DNA of 64,000 bases from Pyrinomonadaceae bacterium (GTDB lineage Bacteria; Acidobacteriota; Blastocatellia; Pyrinomonadales; Pyrinomonadaceae). The position numbers were made by a program, and so were the translations under genes. Each line of letters starts with the position of its first letter. The first letter of the stretch is position 1. The notes below the pieces were generated by a model that did not search any database, was not told the DNA's origin, and was given only the letters and a program-made list of their open reading frames with translations. This document shows, one piece after another, positions 19,944 to 28,164 of the stretch. The stretch covers positions 231 to 64,230 of the forward strand of contig DASQLU010000067.1 in NCBI GenBank assembly GCA_035645855.1, in the 5' to 3' direction.

Positions 19944-21587
19944 ATGCCTGAGAAACAATGGTCGGTCAGGGGACAGCAGGCTTTCGACATTGCAAGCCTC
20001 TGCCGGTACTTTTCCGAACTTTCACCGCAGCCCATGGTCGCCGTCGAGGGCACGACGCACATCGTGCGCCACGTCAATACCGCGTTCGCGCGCCTCGTCG
20101 GGAAGGAGCGGGAAGAACTGCTCGGTCGCCCCTTCGCCGAGGCCGTGCCAGAAGGCGAGAACAATGGGTGTCTCCCTCTGCTCGACCGTGTGTATCGCAC
20201 GGGAACGCCGGAGATTTTAGTCGAGCAGGAGCATCGCCATACCACGCCGGCCGTCTACTGGTCATATTCGGTGTGGGCCATCCACGGGGCGGACGAGCGG
20301 CCGGTGGGGGTCATCATCCAGGTGACCGACGCGACGGAGATGGCGATCTTCCGAAGAGAAGCGGTGGAGATGAACGAGCAACTCCTGCTCTCCGCCACAC
20401 GGCTACATGAACTGACGGAAACCGCCGAGAGAGCCAACCGACTCAAAGATGACTTTCTCGCCACGCTCTCGCACGAACTGCGCACCCCGCTGACTTCAAT
20501 TATCGGGTGGTCGGAGATGTTGGGGAACCCCAGGCTCGACCCGGTGAATTCCTTACGCGCCATCGAGGTCATCCGGCGTAATGCACGGATACAAGGGCAG
20601 ATGGTTGACGATCTGCTCGATGTCTCGCGCATCATCACCGGCAAATTACGCTTAACCGTGCAACCCGTCGATCTCGGCGCCATCGTCATCGCGGCGGTTG
20701 ATGGACTACGCCCGGCGGCGGAAGCCAAAGAGATACGGCTCCAGTTGCAACTCGATGCTCCGGCGGGACAAGTCTCCGGCGACCCTGATCGGTTGCAACA
20801 GGTGGCGTGGAACCTCATCTCGAACGCCATCAAGTTCACGCCGCGCGGCGGGCGCGTGATTGTCAGCCTGGCTCACGTCGCATCGCATGTCGAAGTGACG
20901 GTCAGCGATACCGGCAAAGGCATCGCGCCGGAGTTCCTGCCGCACGTCTTCGACCGCTTCCGGCAGGCCGACGCGACAACTACGCGAGCATACGGCGGGT
21001 TAGGATTGGGTCTGGCGATTGTCCGTCAATTGGTCGAATTGCATGGCGGGACAGTGCGAGTTGACAGCGAAGGTGAGGGGCAAGGCTCAAACTTCACTGT
21101 CAGTCTGCCGCTCGCGGTGGTGCGCAGTGCAGTCAGCGACACCGGGAGCACGCCGCAACCGGAGTTTAAGCCCGCGGAGTTAGAGTGCCCGCCGGAGCTT
21201 ATCAATTTACGGGTGCTGGTCGTTGACGACGAAGCGGACACGTGTGAGTTGCTGCAAGCCATACTCGAAAGTTGCGGGGCGCAGGTGAAAACGGCAAATT
21301 CGGCAATCGCCGCGCTGGAAGCGGTGAGGGAAGGAGTGTTCGACGTGCTCATCAGCGACATCGGGATGCCGGAAGAGGATGGCTATTCCCTGATCGCTAA
21401 AGTGCGCGCTCTGAGCAAGGAGCGAGGGGATAAGATTCCGGCGGTGGCGGCGCTGACAGCTTACGCGAGCGAAGAAGATCGCATCCGGGTGCTTCAGTCA
21501 GGCTTCCATATCCATATGTCGAAGCCGATTAGGCCGAGCGAGTTGGTCGCCGTCGTTGCCAACCTCGCCGGGCGCACCGGCACGTAG
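19944..21587 (+). CDS. PAS-domain hybrid sensor histidine kinase / response regulator
   Basis: H-box FLATLSHELRTPLTSIIGW, N/G boxes (LISNAIKFTPRGG, DTGKGI, GGLGLGLAIV), and a C-terminal receiver (RVLVVDDEAD...DVLISDIGMPEEDG...MSKP). Confidence 0.85.
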   Translation: MPEKQWSVRGQQAFDIASLCRYFSELSPQPMVAVEGTTHIVRHVNTAFARLVGKEREELLGRPFAEAVPEGENNGCLPLLDRVYRTGTPEILVEQEHRHTTPAVYWSYSVWAIHGADERPVGVIIQVTDATEMAIFRREAVEMNEQLLLSATRLHELTETAERANRLKDDFLATLSHELRTPLTSIIGWSEMLGNPRLDPVNSLRAIEVIRRNARIQGQMVDDLLDVSRIITGKLRLTVQPVDLGAIVIAAVDGLRPAAEAKEIRLQLQLDAPAGQVSGDPDRLQQVAWNLISNAIKFTPRGGRVIVSLAHVASHVEVTVSDTGKGIAPEFLPHVFDRFRQADATTTRAYGGLGLGLAIVRQLVELHGGTVRVDSEGEGQGSNFTVSLPLAVVRSAVSDTGSTPQPEFKPAELECPPELINLRVLVVDDEADTCELLQAILESCGAQVKTANSAIAALEAVREGVFDVLISDIGMPEEDGYSLIAKVRALSKERGDKIPAVAALTAYASEEDRIRVLQSGFHIHMSKPIRPSELVAVVANLAGRTGT

Positions 21588-21654
21588 AAGTGAGATCACC
21601 ATCATTTGATAACTGCGCCCCTAAACGGACATGATAAAGAAGGCAGGTGTGGGC

Positions 21655-21855
21655 GCGGCCTTCGATAATCCTGACCTGCTGGCTGCGGCTGCGTCACCCT
21701 GATGTCGGACGTCAACGAACGCGTCCCGAAACTCGGGCGGGTGGCCGCGCAACGTCTAACAGGCCACGCCCGATAAATTGACGGAGCACAAAGAGTATAT
21801 CGACGAACACGGGGGCGACTTGTTCGATGTCAAAGATCGGAAATGGCCGTATTAA
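21655..21855 (+). pseudogene. Frameshifted 3'-terminal remnant of a phosphoketolase-like gene
   Basis: One frame reads SDVNERVPKLGRVAAQRL and then hits a stop. A shifted frame reads DKLTEHKEYIDEHGGDLFDVKDRKWPY and then a stop. Together these resemble the conserved phosphoketolase C-terminus (..ERVPxLGxxAAxxKQ...DKLxEHxxYIxEHGEDMPEIxxWxW). No upstream remainder of the gene is present. Confidence 0.45.
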
Positions 21856-22075
21856 TGAACAGGCGGGCGGCTCGTTCCGGTGACGGGCGGTCTATCAAGT
21901 CATTGGAGATGACCGCTGATAGCGTCGCCTTCATGCGTGAGACGCCGCCCTCGTCAGGGCTCGCAGCGGCATCTCAATTCCAGCGTTGGGTACTTTCCGT
22001 TGAGTCCGCCCGTCAAAACTATTTACGATGGCCTTAAGATATACTGGTCTATCATTACATCCTCCAGGAATATCT

Positions 22076-22894
22076 ATGAATCATAAAAAACAATGTAAAC
22101 TCTGTGACGCAGAGACATTTTATAAGTTTTCATTGTTTCTTGTTGCCGGGTTAAGGGGAGATTACTTTGAGTGTCAGACCTGCCGGATGTTGCAGTCGCA
22201 CCATCTGGATGAACTTACGCCTCAGGGACTAATACAACTTGCCAACTATGATCCCGGTATTGATCTTGATGCGGGCGCAGCTTGGCGGCAACATTGTCTT
22301 GTTAGTCGGTTGGGGCAATTGGTCAGGCTGAAAATCCTGCCGAAGGCAGACCCAAATTTCAAGATGCTTGATTATGGTTGTGGCACAGGTTTCCTTGTGA
22401 GCTACCTGGCTCACCGATTTCGTTGGAATACATTTGGCTATGAACCATACATGACACCTTCCTACGCGCAACACAAAATATTTGCAGATTGGGCGTCATG
22501 TGGGAGGGGGTACAATTTAGTAATCGCCAGCGAAGTCTTTGAGCACTTCATAAATCCGCGAGAGGAGTTGCTGCGCATACGTGAAATACTCGCCCCGGAC
22601 GATGCCTTTATCTATGTCACAACAGGCTTATATGTGCCGGGACAGACCACTCAAAGCTGGCCTTACCTGGCCCCACAGTCCGGTCATCATGTTTCATTCT
22701 ACGCTCACCAGACAATGCAGAAAGTTAAGCAGTTGATAGGGGCAAGTGCAGTTTATCAGGTGGGCGCAGATTACGAATGGCTTTTTACTTTCGGAGAGAG
22801 TTACCGCAGCTGGTCGAAAGTAGCCCAACTTGCTATAGCAACGAGGTTGCTTAGAAGGTCAACGAGATTAGGAATTTTACCGAAAATTGAATGA
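22076..22894 (+). CDS. Class I SAM-dependent methyltransferase with N-terminal Zn-ribbon
   Basis: CKLCDA...CQTCRM (a CxxC...CxxC pair), then SAM motif I MLDYGCGTGFL and the IASEVFEHF motif. AGGA lies 8 nt upstream of the ATG at 22076; the ORF track begins at 22028. Clearly AT-richer than the flanking genes. Confidence 0.7.
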   Translation: MNHKKQCKLCDAETFYKFSLFLVAGLRGDYFECQTCRMLQSHHLDELTPQGLIQLANYDPGIDLDAGAAWRQHCLVSRLGQLVRLKILPKADPNFKMLDYGCGTGFLVSYLAHRFRWNTFGYEPYMTPSYAQHKIFADWASCGRGYNLVIASEVFEHFINPREELLRIREILAPDDAFIYVTTGLYVPGQTTQSWPYLAPQSGHHVSFYAHQTMQKVKQLIGASAVYQVGADYEWLFTFGESYRSWSKVAQLAIATRLLRRSTRLGILPKIE

Positions 22895-23206
22895 TAACCT
22901 TTAAGTTACTCCACACATCCAATGCCGCGCCCAACAGCTCATTGAACTCGACGCCTCCGTCAGGTGTGCGCACCGGCACGCCTACTGGGAGGGAACCAGG
23001 AAAGACCCGCAGAGCAGGCGCGCCGTCCTGAAGTGGCTGCCGCCGATTGCGGTGCATGTTGGTGATATAGACGATCTCGCGCCCGTGGTTAAAGAGGTCG
23101 CGGCGTGACTAATGGTTTTATTGAAATGCTAACCTCTTGTTCGTAACTACATCTATGTAGATTATTCAAACCACACAAAGTACCCCAAGAAAGCGGTGCC
23201 GGATAA

Positions 23207-23242
23207 GACTCCGCCAGCTACCTCGGGATAGTTGGCGGAGTC
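23207..23242. terminator. 14-bp stem hairpin (gactccgccagcta cctcggga tagttggcggagtc)
   Basis: Read directly from sequence. There is one G-T wobble position. It sits in the AT-rich spacer about 190 nt upstream of the SNF2 gene. Terminator function is inferred. Confidence 0.4.
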
Positions 23243-23433
23243 TCCTCATTCTTCACCATCATGGTTTTCTACCTGCCTGACGTCGCGCTGAACTTAAGTC
23301 GCCGTGTCTAGCATGCATGTGATATTTTATTGGAATTAGCCGTATTTGCGCCGGTCGCCGGGGTAGTAACCCGTAATCTTCACGACGTTAACCCAGATAG
23401 AATTTCAAGCAAAGCGAAAGACTTAATCGCCCT

Positions 23434-26400
23434 ATGAGCAAGGGAGCCAGGAAGGGTCAGAGCAGGTCAAACGGCGCCGCCGTTCTCGACCCGGGCAAGG
23501 GCGAGCTCGCGGCGGAACATCTCGACCTGCTGAGGGAAGCCGGGCTGAGTTCGGCTAACCCTACCGTTACCCTGGCAGAATTCTCGCCGGGCGAACTCGA
23601 CGAAGACTCTTTCTGGCGCGCCGCCGGCGTCTTCCCGAACCCCCGTTTCGTCAGACCCGTCCAGGAAACTCCGGACGCGGTGGTAGCCGCAGGCGAGGAT
23701 GGCGTAGTAGTGATGCTGCGGCGCGACTTGGCGGAGGCGGATCGGGGGTTCCTAATCAAGCACGCCGTGATGCACGTCGCGCTCGGGCACATCCGCCCGG
23801 GCGATAATATCGCACACTGGGACGTGCTCTCGCGTTTAAGAGACGGGCGCCCGCTTTGCAGGTGGGACACGCAGGTCGCTGAGCACCTTACCCCGCGAAA
23901 GGCGCACACGCATGAAACCTTCTCGACGGGCGGGTTGAGTGAAATCTGGTCGCGCCTCAATTTGTTCGAACTTGACCCCCCACTTACTTCGGCGGCGCTC
24001 CTCCTCAAGTCTTACAGGCATGAGGTGGTGGAAGTGCCGCGCGCCCTCACGGAGAGCGCACAGCTCTTCCCACACCAGACGCGGGGCATTGCCGAGATCG
24101 TCGCCCGGCTGAGGCGATTTAACACGACCGTACTAGCCGACTCTGTGGGGCTCGGAAAAACACGTACCACCTGCGCCGTCATCCGGATGCTGCGCGACGC
24201 CGGAAGCCAGCGCGTGTCAGCCATACTTACGCCGCGCAAGTTGGAGCGGAACTGGCGCAAAGAGATGTCGGTCGTGGGCTTAGAGGAGGGGCACGACGTC
24301 GTTCTGCTCAACAAAGACGTCTTCAAGAGACTGTCGGTGCAGGAGGCGGCGCGGCAGCTCCGAGGGGTGGGACTGGTCGTGGTCGAGGAGGCACATCAGG
24401 ACTTGCGCAACCCGGGCAGCCGCTTCCACCGGAACCTCCGGGACTCGGTCGGATTGGCGCAAGGTCTGCTCGTCACCGCCACGCCCTGGAATAACCGCAG
24501 GGGCGACATCTTTTCCATCCTCTCTCCGTTCGTGCGCCCGCTGCCGGGCGCGGGTGAAGGGGCGTTCGAATGCTTTAAGAAAGGGTTCCGGACGGGGCGC
24601 AAAGAGTTCGAAGAGTCGGACGAGGTATTCCACCAGATATACGGCTCGGTGGTGCTGCAACGCACACGCCGCCAACTACGTGAGATGGGCGACGCCGGCG
24701 TCTTCTACGCGCCCCGCGCGCCCAAACTCGACGTGGTGGATTACAGACCGTCACAGCAGACCGCGTTCCAGACGCTCTTCGGAGTGGTCGAGGCTCTGCA
24801 CCTGCCGTACTTCAACCCGGTTCGCTACCTGACCGCCGAGTCCGACGCCGAGTGGCGGCTCTCTGGCACCTACCGTTTCTTTCTCCTCAAGCGCGCCGAG
24901 TCTTCGATGGCGGCGCTCCGCCTCACGCTCCGGAGCATGAAGGCTCGCGCCGAGGTGCTTCGTGAACAGCTGGCGGGAATCAAGGATTCGGGTGACGCGG
25001 TCGCGCGATGGCTGGGCGGTTGCTACAACATCTCCGAAGACGTCATAGAGGACGCCCTCGAATCGTCCCGCGAGGGCGTTCTGCTCGGCGAGCGGGTCAC
25101 GCGACCCAGGCAGCGGCGTGCGCTGCGGCTGATAGATGAGGCTGGGGCGAAGGGCCGGCTCAGACCCTTGCGGCGCAGGCTCATCGCCGACTGCGAAGCC
25201 GACATTAAGCTGCTCGACAAGGTCGAGAAAAAATTCGCCCCGCTCTTCGACTCCGACCCCAAGCTCGCGGCGGTCATCTCCGCCGCGCGGGAAAGCGTCG
25301 CCGCCGGGAACAAGGTGCTGCTCGTCAGCCAGTTCGCCGACACTGCTTTCACCGTCTACAAGGCGGTCATGGCTGACCCGGCGCTTGGCGCAACCGGCGT
25401 CGGTCTCGTGATGAGCACCGCCAAGGGCGGGGAGCACCCGATCCAGGCTGACGGGAGAAAGGCGACGCGCGAAGAGGTCATCAGGCGATTCGCCCCGCGC
25501 GCGTGGTCGCAGAGCGTGGTCGAACGCGGGCGCGAGAACGGTGCGGGGCTCATGCCGGGGGAGAGGGAACTGACGCTACTGGTCGGGACGGATACGCTCT
25601 CCGTCGGTCAGAACCTCCAGGACGCTCGCACTATCATCCACCTGGACCTGACCTGGAACCCGATGGTGCTCGAACAGAGAATCGGGAGACTGGATAGACC
25701 TCGCCACGAGACCGACGACAGTCCCATCGAAATCAGATACTTCCTCAACCTCGACCTCATCGAGGCAGAGCTTGAGCTGAAGAAGCGGATTGACGCCCGA
25801 CTCGCCGCCACTTATCAGGACACGTCGTTCGACGACGAGATTCTCCCTGGCTATTTCGAGTTGATCGAAACAATGCGGCGTCTGCGAGCCTCGCGCGCGA
25901 GCGAAAATGCCATCGCTGAAGAAGTGGATGCGATGCTGGAAGAGCTCGCCGCTGCGCGCCCCCCCGACGTCGGCGACTTAAACGTCGAGTCGCGCCGTCG
26001 TGCGCTGGAGCGGCTGGGCGACGCGGTTTCAGGGCAGGAATTGCCGGAGCCGACGCCCCCCCTCGTCGTAACGGTGGGGCAGGTTGATAACGGCGCGGCG
26101 GAGATCGCTGCGGAGCTAATGTTCGAATCGTTCGATAACAATGGTGTGGAGATAGGTCGACCATTAAGCCACTTATTAGTGGTCAGCATTGCATCGGGAG
26201 ATATCAACGCCGCGCTCGACGATTTGCCCCGCACCGTAGACATTATGCTTCGCCCGCCTTTCGAGGGAACTGCGATCAACGAGGGCGTGCTTGAGCACCT
26301 GCGCGCGTTCGATCAGGAAGTGGAGAGGGTAGCCGGCGAGTTGCGTGATGAGAGGAATCGCCTGCGTGAGAAGCGGAAAAAGATACGCGAGCGCATCCGA

Positions 26401-26784
26401 CCGGCCTGGCTCTCGCCGTTGATCGGGCGCGTAAGATCGTTTCTGGAGAATCTGCCCGAAGCGCAGTATGAGCAGTTCCTCTCGCGTTATGAAGTTTCTG
26501 ACGAGATGATGGGGGCGTGGCTTGACGCTTTGGCGAGCGGGGTAAATACAGATGACCCCGAGATGGTTGAAAGACTGCGGCGATTGGAGAACAGTCCGGC
26601 AAGCATCGTCGAAGAGTTTGGCGCGCTGCGTGAGTTGATCGCCGAAGAAACCTTCACTGAGGAAGAGTCGCCGCCACTGCTGAGTCCTCCGGCTCAGTTA
26701 ACATTCGATAACGAGCCTTACGTACACAAGGTGGCGACACGGATTACTAACTTGCGCATCAACCTGCCCATGCATTCGACATGA
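23434..26784 (+). CDS. SNF2-family ATPase/helicase with extra N-terminal and C-terminal regions
   Basis: - LFPHQTRGIAEIV (Q-motif-like)
- LADSVGLGKTRTT (motif I)
- LVVVEEAHQDLRN (motif II)
- LLVTATPWNNRRGDIFSIL (motif III)
- LLVSQFADT...LLVGTDTLSVGQNLQDARTIIHLDLTWNPMVLEQRIGRLDRP (motifs IV-VI)

The N-terminal about 210 aa contain FLIKHAVMHVALGH. Confidence 0.85.
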   Translation: MSKGARKGQSRSNGAAVLDPGKGELAAEHLDLLREAGLSSANPTVTLAEFSPGELDEDSFWRAAGVFPNPRFVRPVQETPDAVVAAGEDGVVVMLRRDLAEADRGFLIKHAVMHVALGHIRPGDNIAHWDVLSRLRDGRPLCRWDTQVAEHLTPRKAHTHETFSTGGLSEIWSRLNLFELDPPLTSAALLLKSYRHEVVEVPRALTESAQLFPHQTRGIAEIVARLRRFNTTVLADSVGLGKTRTTCAVIRMLRDAGSQRVSAILTPRKLERNWRKEMSVVGLEEGHDVVLLNKDVFKRLSVQEAARQLRGVGLVVVEEAHQDLRNPGSRFHRNLRDSVGLAQGLLVTATPWNNRRGDIFSILSPFVRPLPGAGEGAFECFKKGFRTGRKEFEESDEVFHQIYGSVVLQRTRRQLREMGDAGVFYAPRAPKLDVVDYRPSQQTAFQTLFGVVEALHLPYFNPVRYLTAESDAEWRLSGTYRFFLLKRAESSMAALRLTLRSMKARAEVLREQLAGIKDSGDAVARWLGGCYNISEDVIEDALESSREGVLLGERVTRPRQRRALRLIDEAGAKGRLRPLRRRLIADCEADIKLLDKVEKKFAPLFDSDPKLAAVISAARESVAAGNKVLLVSQFADTAFTVYKAVMADPALGATGVGLVMSTAKGGEHPIQADGRKATREEVIRRFAPRAWSQSVVERGRENGAGLMPGERELTLLVGTDTLSVGQNLQDARTIIHLDLTWNPMVLEQRIGRLDRPRHETDDSPIEIRYFLNLDLIEAELELKKRIDARLAATYQDTSFDDEILPGYFELIETMRRLRASRASENAIAEEVDAMLEELAAARPPDVGDLNVESRRRALERLGDAVSGQELPEPTPPLVVTVGQVDNGAAEIAAELMFESFDNNGVEIGRPLSHLLVVSIASGDINAALDDLPRTVDIMLRPPFEGTAINEGVLEHLRAFDQEVERVAGELRDERNRLREKRKKIRERIRPAWLSPLIGRVRSFLENLPEAQYEQFLSRYEVSDEMMGAWLDALASGVNTDDPEMVERLRRLENSPASIVEEFGALRELIAEETFTEEESPPLLSPPAQLTFDNEPYVHKVATRITNLRINLPMHST

Positions 26785-26814
26785 GTTTGATGACTGCGAC
26801 GCCCGGTAAGACTG

Positions 26815-28128
26815 GTGGCTAAATCGTCCGAACTATTCAGTGCTTTACTGGAAACTCTGCGCCCGGTGATGCCGACGGGCGCGAGCCGAGAGTTGTGTCT
26901 CTCAACGGTCAGGGAACAACTCGGCGATGAGGACGTGCTTCGCACCGCGCAGCAGATAATCGACGGTGAGCGCGCCAACCAAAAAGTCGCGGACGCTCAG
27001 GAATCAGACCTGTGGGAGGCGCTTGCCGAGAGTCTCGGCGAGTCATTCACGGCTGGAGGCGGAGGAGCTGCCCGTGGCGATGCCAACGCGGCGCGTAATT
27101 CATTCGTCGCCCGCTTAAAAGCGATTGCGGAGGAGGCGAATCGCCGCTGGCTGGTGGCATTGCCGGTGAACTCCGATCTGCGCGCGGGCACTGTGAGTGA
27201 ACTGTCCACGGTCAGCACGCCGCGTGTGATCATCGCCGCGTGCGAGACACAGGCTCAGCTTGATGCACAGTTCGAGGAAGCCTGTCGCATTATCGGCGTC
27301 CCCGCCCCCGCGAAAGGGGCGTCAACGTTACCTCTACCTACGCGACCGCTTTTCGTCGCCCTGACGCAGGGCGCCCCGGAGCCGGCGTACCGTAAAGGGG
27401 TGCGCAGCTTTTACGTCGGGCGGGACGGGCTACGCTTCGTTGAATATGTCCACGACCCGCATAAAAAGCTGGGTGCGGTGGGAGTCGGAGACGTGTCCGA
27501 GCCCATTTTGGACGCGTGGCTATTAGAAATAGGCGGGAGCGAGGTGAGGCGGATGACCCTGCGCCAGGTTGACGTCTCGCTCGGGGCTGTCGAGTTAGGG
27601 CGCGACCCCAGGAAACTCGAACTATACGACGCGGGCGCGCGAATCATGGAAATGTACCCCGAGGATGCTTCCAATAAATTGCAGAAGAGCCTCGGCGGGC
27701 GGCTGGCGCGCAGCCTCCGCATTTTCAGCCGCGCTGTTATGCAGACGAACCGTGACCTGCGCTTTCTGCTAATCCTGGTGGCTTTCGAGGCTTTGCTCAA
27801 CCGTAAGGACTCGCCGATTGCGGAGGCTCTGGCCGAGTACGGGGCGCTGCTGACGGAGAGCGGCGTCGAGGAACGTGCGCGGCTGGCGCGTGATCTAAAG
27901 GGCGCATACGACGCGCGCAGCCGTTTCGTACACGACGGGCAGATACCGAGCGAACAACTCGGCGAGGAAAAGTTCGCGCAGTACGAGGCGTTAGTCTTCG
28001 GCACTTGGGCGGGCGTAGTACGCGCCCTGCTGCCTCACGGAGAAGCAGGGTGGAGCGATGACGCCTTCTTCGAGAGGTTGCTCAAACTCAAATTCGGCGC
28101 GACCTGGAAAGATGTCGCCGCGCTTTGA
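26815..28128 (+). CDS. Hypothetical protein with C-terminal HEPN-like Rx4H motif
   Basis: 437-aa ORF with a GTG start, 30 nt after the SNF2 stop. The C-terminal helical region FLLILVAFEALLNRKD...LKGAYDARSRFVHDG contains R-S-R-F-V-H (Rx4H) in a context typical of HEPN nucleases. The N-terminal 300 aa are unrecognised. Confidence 0.6.
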   Translation: MAKSSELFSALLETLRPVMPTGASRELCLSTVREQLGDEDVLRTAQQIIDGERANQKVADAQESDLWEALAESLGESFTAGGGGAARGDANAARNSFVARLKAIAEEANRRWLVALPVNSDLRAGTVSELSTVSTPRVIIAACETQAQLDAQFEEACRIIGVPAPAKGASTLPLPTRPLFVALTQGAPEPAYRKGVRSFYVGRDGLRFVEYVHDPHKKLGAVGVGDVSEPILDAWLLEIGGSEVRRMTLRQVDVSLGAVELGRDPRKLELYDAGARIMEMYPEDASNKLQKSLGGRLARSLRIFSRAVMQTNRDLRFLLILVAFEALLNRKDSPIAEALAEYGALLTESGVEERARLARDLKGAYDARSRFVHDGQIPSEQLGEEKFAQYEALVFGTWAGVVRALLPHGEAGWSDDAFFERLLKLKFGATWKDVAAL

Positions 28129-28164
28129 CGCTCGGCCGTCGCATGCTCGGGACGGAGAAGGAAG

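Noticed and set aside
22851-23100. Minus-strand GC-richer frame (..DLFNHGREIVYITNMHRNRRQPLQDGAPALRVFPGSLPVG..), considered as another gene remnant at the island junction
   Set aside because: I could not match it to any family, and it overlaps the 3' end of the methyltransferase ORF. It is only worth a BLASTX check.
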